A DNA stretch of 39,753 nt from Bacteroidales bacterium (GTDB lineage: Bacteria; Bacteroidota; Bacteroidia; Bacteroidales; PUMT01). The notes below the pieces were generated by a model that was given only the letters and a program-made list of their open reading frames with translations, searched no databases and was not told the DNA's origin. Below are positions 9,414 to 17,784 of this stretch, piece by piece; the stretch's first letter is position 1, and each line of letters opens with the position of its first letter. Where the stretch lies: contig SLRB01000262.1 in the NCBI GenBank assembly GCA_007131165.1, positions 1-39,753 of the forward strand. Reading direction: 5' to 3'. Both the position numbers and the translations under genes were made by a program.

Positions 9414-10508
9414 ATGAACAAAAACAGCAAAATATTCATCGCAGGCCATAGAGGAATGGTCGGTTCGGCCATTCACCGGAAATTACTGGCCACAGGTTTC
9501 AGGAACCTGCTGGTAAAACCCCGCCAGGAACTTAATCTTGCCAACCAGCAGGATGTTGAAGCCTATTTCTCAGCTTCGAAACCCGAATATGTAATACTGG
9601 CTGCTGCAAAGGTTGGAGGGATACTTGCCAATAATACCTACAGGGCTGAGTTCATCTATGAAAACCTGATGATCCAGAACAATGTTATCCACGCCGCGTG
9701 GAAAAACAATGTCAAAAAGTTGCTGTTCCTGGGCAGTTCATGTATATATCCAAAAGCCGCCCCCCAGCCGATAAAGGAGGGCTATCTCCTCGAGGGCCCG
9801 CTGGAAAGCACGAATGAACCCTATGCAATTGCCAAAATTGCAGGAATAAAAATGTGCGAGAACTATTTCAGGCAATACGGGTGCAATTTTATTTCGGTAA
9901 TGCCTACCAATCTGTACGGGCCTAATGACAATTATGATCTTGAGAAGTCCCATGTTCTGCCTGCCATCATCAGGAAAATGCATCTTGCCGGATGTATTGA
10001 ACAGGATAACTGGGACGCCGTGAGAACCGACCTGGAGAGGTTTCCGGTTGGTAATATAACCGGGAAAAGCCCTATGAATGAAATCATTGACATGCTTGCA
10101 TCACACGGAATATCATCCAGGCCGGGAAATTCATCAGCAAGGCCAGGCACTGTTACAGTGACACTCTGGGGTACGGGTAACGTTTACAGGGAGTTCCTTC
10201 ATGTTGACGATATGGCTTCAGCCTGTGTCCACATTATGCAGAACATTAATGCTCAAGAACTATATAACAGCTTTATGAACTCACACATCAACATAGGAAC
10301 AGGAGCTGACCTAACCATTAAAGAACTTGCGTATATAGTAAAAAGTGTAACCGGTTTTGGCGGTGTGGTTAGCTGGGATGCCTCAAAACCCGACGGAACC
10401 CCGAGAAAGCAACTTGATGTAGAGCTGCTGCACAAACTCGGCTGGAAACATGAAATTGAGCTTGAAGCCGGGATCAGATCAGTATACGAATCATATAAAT
10501 CGGCTTAG
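9414..10508 (+). CDS. fcl: GDP-L-fucose synthase (GDP-4-keto-6-deoxymannose 3,5-epimerase/4-reductase)
   Basis: KIFIAGHRGMVGSAI Rossmann motif, YAIAK catalytic YxxxK, and DASKPDGTPRK. It lies 27 nt downstream of gmd. Confidence 0.92.
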   Translation: MNKNSKIFIAGHRGMVGSAIHRKLLATGFRNLLVKPRQELNLANQQDVEAYFSASKPEYVILAAAKVGGILANNTYRAEFIYENLMIQNNVIHAAWKNNVKKLLFLGSSCIYPKAAPQPIKEGYLLEGPLESTNEPYAIAKIAGIKMCENYFRQYGCNFISVMPTNLYGPNDNYDLEKSHVLPAIIRKMHLAGCIEQDNWDAVRTDLERFPVGNITGKSPMNEIIDMLASHGISSRPGNSSARPGTVTVTLWGTGNVYREFLHVDDMASACVHIMQNINAQELYNSFMNSHINIGTGADLTIKELAYIVKSVTGFGGVVSWDASKPDGTPRKQLDVELLHKLGWKHEIELEAGIRSVYESYKSA

Positions 10509-10862
10509 GAAGCATAGCACCCCCACTTAACTGTACAGACAGCAGATCTTTGGTTGGTCAGAGCAGCAATACCAGAATAATTACAACAATGATTACCAGC
10601 ACGGTAATCAACCCACAACCACGGGGGTTCGGATAATCATCCTGTATGACATCGCCACTCTTCAAAGCTTATCCTTATCAGACTTTCAATTAAGTGATAT
10701 ACTAATAAACGGCTATATTTTAATTACGGTATTACTTTATAAAAGTTTCACACTTTTTAAATTAACCATACAATCCATCCGGGTAAAGTCCCCATCAGGA
10801 CATAAACACAGACCCGGGGACGTGGGTTTTGGAATTTAAAAAACCCTGGTATGTCATTGATA

Positions 10863-10870
10863 TAATTTTG
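10863..10870 (+). promoter_or_regulatory. -7 promoter box TAATTTTG (TAnnTTTG) for the K+ channel gene
   Basis: Exact TAnnTTTG match 45 nt upstream of the ATG at 10916. Confidence 0.4.
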
Positions 10871-10915
10871 TACTTTAGCAGCTTCATTTCACCTTTGCGG
10901 CCATACTATATAAAT

Positions 10916-11764
10916 ATGAAGAGTAAAAACGGCACAAACCCGAAAAATAGCGGAAAAAACCTGAAACCCTGGCAAAAGAAAATGCACGAGGTGATTTTCG
11001 AAGCCGATACTTTTTATGGTAAGCTTTTCGACGAGGTACTGCTCGGGATGATACTTTTAAGTATATTGGTAGTAATGCTCGAAAGCATAGCCGAAATCAG
11101 GGCCATGTACGGCGGAGCGATCAACGCAGCAGAATGGTTCTTCACCCTTGCTTTTTCGGTCGAATATGCCATGCGGATAGCCTGCTCTCCCAACCCGAGA
11201 AAATATATATTAAGTTTCCTTGGAATAATCGACCTTCTTGCCATAATACCCACATATATTGCAGTCACCCTGCCTGAGGCGCAGCCCTTCATTGTTATAA
11301 GAGGCATAAGGCTGCTCAGGATCTACCGCATTCTTAAATTATACAGGTTCATTCGGGAAGGCCAGCTGTTACTGCTGGCGCTTCGCAACAGCTTTCGCAA
11401 GATCCTGATCTTTATGATGTTTATACTTATCCTGGTCGTAATGCTGGGCAGTATCATGTATGTAGTCGAAGATGCCGATAACGGCTTCTACAGCATACCC
11501 CTGAGCATATACTGGGCGGTAATCACCCTTACCACAGTAGGTTACGGCGACATAGTGCCGGTAACCGACGTGGGAAAGTTTCTAGCAACCTTTATCATGT
11601 TGCTGGGTTACAGCATCATTGCCATTCCAACAGGCATTGTGTCTGTTGAGATCTCCCGCTCCGTTGGCGACCGCTACCAGAAAAGAAAGACATGCAAGTA
11701 TTGCGAAGAGCCCAACCATGAGCCCGGAGCAAATTTCTGCAAGATTTGCGGTGCAAGGATATAA
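10916..11764 (+). CDS. Voltage-sensor-containing K+ channel (Kv/KvAP-like, 6TM) with C-terminal CxxC-x11-CxxC zinc ribbon
   Basis: The S4 helix RGIRLLRIYRILKLYRFIR has a basic residue at every third position. The selectivity filter is TLTTVGYGD. The tail is CKYCEEPNHEPGANFCKICG. The track start at 10829 is a non-ATG codon, so the ATG at 10916 (MKSKNG) is preferred. Confidence 0.85.
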   Translation: MKSKNGTNPKNSGKNLKPWQKKMHEVIFEADTFYGKLFDEVLLGMILLSILVVMLESIAEIRAMYGGAINAAEWFFTLAFSVEYAMRIACSPNPRKYILSFLGIIDLLAIIPTYIAVTLPEAQPFIVIRGIRLLRIYRILKLYRFIREGQLLLLALRNSFRKILIFMMFILILVVMLGSIMYVVEDADNGFYSIPLSIYWAVITLTTVGYGDIVPVTDVGKFLATFIMLLGYSIIAIPTGIVSVEISRSVGDRYQKRKTCKYCEEPNHEPGANFCKICGARI

Positions 11765-11817
11765 AAGTCACCAATACCACCTGCATTGGATCTGGAACGC
11801 AAATCCGGGTAAACCCT

Positions 11818-12924
11818 TTACAGGTCCAGCAAACGTCCGATATGCTTCCAGAACCTGCGGTGAAAATCCTCTCCCAGGCCTCCGGGATAGAGATCCAGGA
11901 ATGAATATTCAGCATCTTCGCCCGGCCTGAAGGTTATTTTGCTATCTTCATCATAAAGGCTGCTAACTTCGGGGTGAAACTGTATCCCTATAACGTTTGG
12001 ATACCTGTTATGCTCAATAGCCTCAACCACCTGACCGTCCATGCACCAGGCAGTCACCCGGTAATCCTTGCCGATATTATCCAGAGCCTGGTGATGGGAG
12101 CTGAGGACAAACGGGAAAACCTCATTTCCGGTGTTTACGGCTTCCATATGGCTGCCTTGTTCAACCCTGATCCTGTGGAATGTACGTGCAGCAACATCAG
12201 GATCGGTGCGGTAAGCCGCATAATAGTTCCTGTGCTGCAAATCGGCGTCCATCGCCAGCACCTGCTCTACAGTGGTCTTCCCGTATATTTCAAAAGGGAT
12301 ATCCTGTATCATGGTTCCGCCCGCAGCTACATTCATGGTCTGCATTCCCAGGCATATACCAAGGATTGGCAATCCGGGATTCTCTTCCAGCAGCGGTTTA
12401 AAACCCTCATCCTGGTATCCTCCCAGCAAATGAAACAGGAAGGAAAGCTCAAGATAGTGCCTGTGCGGATCGGTCACCACCGTAAGCAGGTTCATCTCAT
12501 GGCCATAGGTTGCAGGCGGAATATCCGGGCCGCCAAAAAATACAATCCCTCCTGCCATATTGAATATCTTCCTGAATAAACCGCTGTTAACATTTTCTGC
12601 AAACAGGAACTGAGCATCAAAAGGCGCTTCAATTTCAAACAGCCGGATATGATCAAGCCCTTCTTCCCTTAAGAAATTTTCTGTCACAGAGTAATTATAA
12701 GCCCCCTGGCCACTGTACACGCCAAGGACAGGTGTCGCGGGGTCTACCGGCAGGATACCTTCAGTTGTCAGGTATTGCCATGTTCTGACATTTGCAACTG
12801 TAGGGTGCATAATCACAATGTGCTTTTCTGAAGTTATTTCCGCTTTCGCAGATGATTCCGCGCCGGCGGCAGAAACGACAAAGACTGCCGGCAGCAACAG
12901 CAATAAAACAAACCTCATTCTCAT
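11818..12924 (-). CDS. Exported class-I glutamine amidotransferase-like / peptidase C26 (gamma-glutamyl hydrolase, PuuD-like)
   Basis: 368 aa with signal peptide MRMRFVLLLLLPAVFVVSAAGA. The nucleophile elbow is GICLGMQ and the His motif is GIQFHPE. Confidence 0.75.
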   Translation of the reverse strand: MRMRFVLLLLLPAVFVVSAAGAESSAKAEITSEKHIVIMHPTVANVRTWQYLTTEGILPVDPATPVLGVYSGQGAYNYSVTENFLREEGLDHIRLFEIEAPFDAQFLFAENVNSGLFRKIFNMAGGIVFFGGPDIPPATYGHEMNLLTVVTDPHRHYLELSFLFHLLGGYQDEGFKPLLEENPGLPILGICLGMQTMNVAAGGTMIQDIPFEIYGKTTVEQVLAMDADLQHRNYYAAYRTDPDVAARTFHRIRVEQGSHMEAVNTGNEVFPFVLSSHHQALDNIGKDYRVTAWCMDGQVVEAIEHNRYPNVIGIQFHPEVSSLYDEDSKITFRPGEDAEYSFLDLYPGGLGEDFHRRFWKHIGRLLDL

Positions 12925-13119
12925 ACTGATCAGATAAATAGTTATTAAAGTTGAAATATTTGCTTAACAGAAACTGCCAGAATAATAATCCGATATTCGC
13001 CGGATGCTTCCCACACCTGGCAATATTGCAATATAAAGATAATATATTATCTGCTCCCTTGCAGGAGCGAAGCAAAACTAAAAAAATGAATCCGGGGTAC
13101 AAAAAAAGGATCTGAAGAT

Positions 13120-13437
13120 CTACAGGCAATCAAGACTTTCAAACAGAATTCTGCCTCTCCGCCGGGAAACAGGAATCCTGTAGTCATGAACACAGGCAAA
13201 CAGCTGGGTTCCGTAATACCTCAGGGCAGAAACAGCTTCATTATTTACCAGGTAGCTCCGGTGAACCCTGCTGAACTTGTCATCCGGCAGGATACCTTCA
13301 ATCCTGTTCAGCGGAAGATCAACAACCTTCTGTTGCCGGTTCTTCATCACCATGAGCGAATAGCCGTTATCGCTCTCGAAGTAGAGGATGCGCCGGAGTA
13401 CTGCCGGGCACAGGAACCATTCCTTTTTGTTATCCAT
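13120..13437 (-). CDS. Stand-alone LytTR DNA-binding domain protein
   Basis: 105 aa. RVHRSYLVN and RIPVSRRR are LytTR hallmarks. There is no receiver or sensor domain. Confidence 0.75.
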   Translation of the reverse strand: MDNKKEWFLCPAVLRRILYFESDNGYSLMVMKNRQQKVVDLPLNRIEGILPDDKFSRVHRSYLVNNEAVSALRYYGTQLFACVHDYRIPVSRRRGRILFESLDCL

Positions 13438-13685
13438 TCTGAAGGTGTTTTTTCAATATACTATCCGCACTCCGCCATTTCAGGCCATTCAAACCTGATT
13501 TTCAGGTGTTGATAAGATCAGTAATGCCTTAGGCGAACCAACCCTGCTAATATTAAATTTAAGGAATTTTCCGGAATACCAGGCATCCCGTTGTTGAAAA
13601 AAAGATGAACGGTCATATTCGCTACCCGAACGGTAAGATCAGGCCGGTTTATACAGCAGGCCATGAGTTAACAGCTCACAGCCGG

Positions 13686-14090
13686 CTATGCAGATAGTTC
13701 AGCATCATCCTCCACCCGGCAGAGAATGTCCATAAGCACCCCCCTCCTGCGTCTGGAAACCGGAATGCGGTTTTTTCCGGAGATTGATATATAGTCGGCG
13801 CCGGAACGGTATCTGCCTGCAGCATCAAGGTTTACAAGGTAATTCCTGTGGCAACGGAAAAACTTCTTCTTACAAAGTTTTTGTTCAATTTTTTTGAGCG
13901 ACACCTGTACACAGGTTTGATGTCCTCCAGAGAAGACGATCCGGGTGATATCATTGTTGTGATGGCAAAACAATATCTCATCCTGGTCAATCTTCACGGC
14001 ACCGGTGGCATCTGTGAGCCAGAGCCCGGGTAATGATGACCTGGGCGCTGACCGGCGCCTTGGATGTGACAGGAACCTTTTATTTGTCAT
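13686..14090 (-). CDS. Stand-alone LytTR DNA-binding domain protein with Arg-rich N-terminal tail
   Basis: FFRCHRNYLVN and RIPVSRRRR motifs. The ATG at 14090 (MTNKRF) is preferred over the track start at 14222. Length is 134 aa. Confidence 0.7.
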   Translation of the reverse strand: MTNKRFLSHPRRRSAPRSSLPGLWLTDATGAVKIDQDEILFCHHNNDITRIVFSGGHQTCVQVSLKKIEQKLCKKKFFRCHRNYLVNLDAAGRYRSGADYISISGKNRIPVSRRRRGVLMDILCRVEDDAELSA

Positions 14091-14621
14091 GATCTCCGGT
14101 AAATTAACAAGAAAAAGCGTTATCACAATTGACTGAAAAAACAAATAACAATTCCGGAAACCTGTGAACCATGATGCACTGTTGTTACCGGCCAACCCCC
14201 GTAAGACACTCAAAAGACACACAGGCTCCTGTTATGAGGTGCGCCAAATCCTGATTTGTGACACAGGTTTTCTGTTAATAACCGGCAAAATTTATACTAA
14301 CAAAAACTCTCTGCAAAATTTTATTTCGCTGTATTTCTGCAAATTAATATTAATGCCGGCTGTTACTAACCCGTTGAAATAATGTTGAAAAAATGTGAGG
14401 CCAGGTGCAGAAAAACACCCCGGGTTTTCCGGCCTGCATTTATGTGTGCTTACCCGCAAGATCTCGTGCAGCGGGGCTGAAACCCTAAAGCACATACCAA
14501 AAAACAAAAAATATGTATCTTGGTGCCCTGTAAAAATATGATCACTTAACCACCAAAACACTGCAATATGATTTTGCGTAATACCTGCGTTACTAAAGCC
14601 TTAAAACACCCTGCAGCGATA

Positions 14622-16166
14622 ATGAAGTTCCTCCTGGTCTGCCTGGCATGCCAGGCAACAGTGGTAGCGCAGGATATTACGGACTTTGGGGGATTTGACG
14701 AGTTTATAGAAACCGGGATGGAGGACTGGGGTATACCAGGCCTTGCTATTTCGGTGGTAAAAAACGGTGAAATTATTCTTGCCAAAGGATACGGGATGAG
14801 GAAATTGGGTGAAGTTGAAAAGGTTGATGAAAACACCGTTTTCGGGGTGGCCTCAACCACCAAGGCAATGACGGCTACTTCACTGGGAATGCTTGTGGAT
14901 GAAGGAAATTTACACTGGGACGACAGGGTAAGGGACCACCTCCCCTGGTTCGAACTTTCAGATCCCTGGGCATCCGACGTGATTACTGTAAGGGACCTCC
15001 TTACGCACCGCACGGGGATTGGACGAATGACCGGCAACAGGCTGGTATTTATGCCTGGCCGCGACAGGCGCACCATTCTTGAACACATCAGCCACCAGCC
15101 CTTTGAGATACCCTTCAGGTCGGGTTATGTATACAGCAACATGATGTACATGGTTGCAGGGATGGTGATAGAAGGAGTAACAGGAACAAGCTGGGATGAA
15201 TTCCTTCCTGAAAGGCTTTTCAAACCGCTCAGGATGAACTCTGCTTCGGTTTCAATAACCGAAATAAGTGATGGCGACAATGCAGCCTGGCCTCACCAGG
15301 AGATCGATGGAATAGTACAGCCGATACCAAGGCGTAATTTCGACAATGTGGGACCTGCAGCATCTGTAAATGCCTCAGCTACCGACATGGCACAATGGAT
15401 GCTCCTGAACCTTGGCGAACCAGGCAAATACCATAATGACAGGCTGGTGAGCAAAGAGGTGATGAACGACATTTTCCAGCCCCAATACACATTTCCTGCA
15501 AGAGACCCCATGAGGGACAATTTTGCGGCTTACACCCTTGGCTGGAGGATCTCTTATTACGAGGGTTACAGGATGTTTCAGCACGGCGGGGCAACTGACG
15601 GGATAAACTCGATCATTGTACTGGTACCTGAACTTGATATGGGAATATTCGTGGCCGGCAACCTGTTCTGCGGATTCAGGCCGGCAATCGTGAGATGGAT
15701 CATTGACAGGACATTAGATATTGAAAGAGATCATGACTGGCACCGGACTTACCTGAGGCAACACCTGGCTGAGAAGGAATCGGCACTCGAAGCAAGAAAA
15801 AAAATTGAGGATGCAAGGGTCACCGGAACAGTACCCACACTTCCAAATGAATCATATACCGGCATCTACCGCCACCTGGTGTATGATGATGTTGAAGTAA
15901 GGATGGGCAGCAATGGCACACTGGAGTTATGCTTTTGGGGAGATCCTGAAATGGTGGCATACCTTGAGCACTGGCATTACGATACATTCCGGGCTTCCTG
16001 GCGAAATCCCGCCATGAGGGAGAAATTTGTAACATTTGATATAGACCATGAAGGTAATGCAACCCGGTTAAACGTAAATTTCACCCTGAGACCAATAATG
16101 ATAGAAGCCGGTTTATACCCGGCCGATTATAAACGAACAGTTGAATACAAAAGGATAAGCTACTAA
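14622..16166 (+). CDS. Exported serine hydrolase of the beta-lactamase/PBP4 (class C-like) family with C-terminal lipocalin-like extension
   Basis: Signal MKFLLVCLACQATVVAQ, SxxK motif ASTTKAM, and YSN motif YVYSNMMY. The extra ~130 aa C-terminal domain resembles the one seen in DUF3471-containing esterases. Confidence 0.8.
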   Translation: MKFLLVCLACQATVVAQDITDFGGFDEFIETGMEDWGIPGLAISVVKNGEIILAKGYGMRKLGEVEKVDENTVFGVASTTKAMTATSLGMLVDEGNLHWDDRVRDHLPWFELSDPWASDVITVRDLLTHRTGIGRMTGNRLVFMPGRDRRTILEHISHQPFEIPFRSGYVYSNMMYMVAGMVIEGVTGTSWDEFLPERLFKPLRMNSASVSITEISDGDNAAWPHQEIDGIVQPIPRRNFDNVGPAASVNASATDMAQWMLLNLGEPGKYHNDRLVSKEVMNDIFQPQYTFPARDPMRDNFAAYTLGWRISYYEGYRMFQHGGATDGINSIIVLVPELDMGIFVAGNLFCGFRPAIVRWIIDRTLDIERDHDWHRTYLRQHLAEKESALEARKKIEDARVTGTVPTLPNESYTGIYRHLVYDDVEVRMGSNGTLELCFWGDPEMVAYLEHWHYDTFRASWRNPAMREKFVTFDIDHEGNATRLNVNFTLRPIMIEAGLYPADYKRTVEYKRISY

Positions 16167-16242
16167 AAACGTTGTAATCATACAAATTTTGGTTCCATGC
16201 TTTAGCTAAATTTTGTCAGGTTAAAAAACACTGTTGAACCAG

Positions 16243-17718
16243 ATGAGCAATCAACCCAGAAACCCTTCATTGATCCAGGCAATAATACCTGTCTTATTCT
16301 TAATAGCCTTTCTTACCCTGAACGTCTACTTCTTTGGCGATGACACACTCTCGGGAGCAAATCAGATTGCCCTGCTTCTGGCTGCTGCAATAGGTGGTAT
16401 TATCGCTGTTTACCTTGGCCACAACTGGTACGATGTGAGGAAAAAGATCGTTCAGAGCATAGGCTCGGCAATGCCTTCAATAATGATACTCCTCCTTATC
16501 GGGTCACTGGCGGGAACATGGCTTCTCAGCGGAGTAGTGCCTGCCATGATATATTACGGATTGCAAATTTTAAACCCCTCGATATTCCTGCTGGCCTGCG
16601 TTGTAGTGTCGGCTTTGGTTTCAGTTGCAACAGGCAGTTCCTGGTCGACAGTAGCAACGATTGGTATCGCTTTGCTGGGAATAGGCAACGCGATGGGATT
16701 CAACGAAGGTATGGTTGCAGGGGCAATCATATCGGGGGCCTATTTCGGCGACAAGATGTCGCCGCTGTCAGATACCACAAACCTGGCTCCCGCGATGGCA
16801 GGAACCGACCTGTTTACCCATATCAGGTATATGGCCCTGACAACCGGGCCATCCATATTCATAACCCTGATCATATTTATGGTTATCGGTTTCTTTTTCA
16901 GACCGGAAGGTGATGCCGCTATCGTACAGGCCACACTTAAAGCAATAGATAGCAGTTTCAACATCACCCCGTTGCTTTTCATCGTTCCTGTGGCACTGGT
17001 AACTATAATTATTAATAAAGTGCCTCCCCTGCCATCACTGCTGGCAGGGACTCTCCTGGGGGCTGTTTTTGCCCTTATATTCCAGCCCCAGATAATTGAA
17101 CAGGTTTCAGGCATAACCGATAACTACCTTAACGCATCATATATAGCAGTCATGAAAAGCATGTACGGCAGGATATCCATAGTTACAGCCGATCCCCAGG
17201 TTAACGACCTGCTCAGTACAGGGGGAATGGCGGGTATGCTTAACACCATATGGCTGATAATGACTGCGATGATTTTCGGTGGAGTCATGGAAGCAGCAGG
17301 CATGCTTGTGAAAATCACCAACAGCCTTATGCGGTTTGCAAGAACGACAGGGTCGCTGGTAGCAACAACCGTAAGCACCTGCCTGTTTTTCAATATAACG
17401 GCATCAGACCAGTACATATCAATAGTGGTGCCGGGCAGGATGTTTGCAAAGACATTCAGGGAGCGCGGACTAAAGCCGGAGGTACTCAGCCGCACACTGG
17501 AGGACTCGGGCACTGTAACTTCTGTCCTTATACCGTGGAACACATGCGGGGCAACACAGTCAGCTGTATTGGGAGTACCCACAATCGCCTATCTTCCCTG
17601 GGCATTTTTCAATATAATCAGTCCATTTATGACAATATTCATGGCAGCCTTCAACATAAAGATAAGGCGACTGACTGATGAAGGTGAAGGGAGACGCATT
17701 GAGATGGACGAAGAGTAA
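16243..17718 (+). CDS. nhaC: Na+/H+ antiporter, NhaC family
   Basis: About 491 aa, polytopic (more than 10 hydrophobic segments), with overall resemblance to NhaC-family antiporters. The ATG at 16243 is preferred over the TTG at 16234. Confidence 0.7.
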   Translation: MSNQPRNPSLIQAIIPVLFLIAFLTLNVYFFGDDTLSGANQIALLLAAAIGGIIAVYLGHNWYDVRKKIVQSIGSAMPSIMILLLIGSLAGTWLLSGVVPAMIYYGLQILNPSIFLLACVVVSALVSVATGSSWSTVATIGIALLGIGNAMGFNEGMVAGAIISGAYFGDKMSPLSDTTNLAPAMAGTDLFTHIRYMALTTGPSIFITLIIFMVIGFFFRPEGDAAIVQATLKAIDSSFNITPLLFIVPVALVTIIINKVPPLPSLLAGTLLGAVFALIFQPQIIEQVSGITDNYLNASYIAVMKSMYGRISIVTADPQVNDLLSTGGMAGMLNTIWLIMTAMIFGGVMEAAGMLVKITNSLMRFARTTGSLVATTVSTCLFFNITASDQYISIVVPGRMFAKTFRERGLKPEVLSRTLEDSGTVTSVLIPWNTCGATQSAVLGVPTIAYLPWAFFNIISPFMTIFMAAFNIKIRRLTDEGEGRRIEMDEE

Positions 17719-17784
17719 AAGCTGACCCTGTCGTCTCGCTTACCGGTATTACACATTTGCAACTTCCCGGATACCGGTGGCACT

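Noticed and set aside
8832-9476. 214-aa ORF antisense to gmd
   Set aside because: It lies fully inside and opposite a confidently identified gene and has no recognisable motifs. This is a typical shadow ORF in a mid-GC genome.
9990-10151. About 50-aa insertion in Fcl relative to E. coli Fcl (between RKMHLA and VTLWGTG)
   Set aside because: As far as I recall, Bacteroidota Fcl proteins are generally longer at this position. This is probably lineage-typical rather than novel.
10558-10665. Minus-strand mini-ORF ending in a very hydrophobic tail (..DDYPNPRGCGLITVLVIIVVIILVLLL*), considered as a type-I-toxin-like or membrane micro-protein
   Set aside because: There is no in-frame ATG, only a possible TTG, and I found no promoter box. 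It cannot be supported without conservation or ribosome-profiling data.
11974-12579. 201-aa ORF antisense to the C26 amidohydrolase
   Set aside because: It is a shadow ORF with no motifs. The opposite strand carries the catalytic GICLGMQ/FHPE signature.
14382-14480. 32-aa Cys/Arg-rich ORF (MLKKCEARCRKTPRVF...) in the long gap upstream of the serine hydrolase
   Set aside because: It is too short and featureless and has no promoter box. It is mentioned only because the gap is otherwise unexplained.
14947-14955. tRNA T-loop-like GGTTCGAAC
   Set aside because: It lies inside the serine-hydrolase CDS and no acceptor or anticodon stems can be built around it. It is coincidental.
14546-15088. 180-aa minus-strand ORF overlapping the serine hydrolase start
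   Set aside because: It is antisense to a gene with SxxK and YSN motifs and shows no features of its own.
17742-17778. Inverted repeat ACCGGTAT...ATACCGGT between the convergent nhaC and E1 genes as a terminator
   Set aside because: The loop is about 21 nt and there is no U-tract on either strand. That is too weak to call as a feature.
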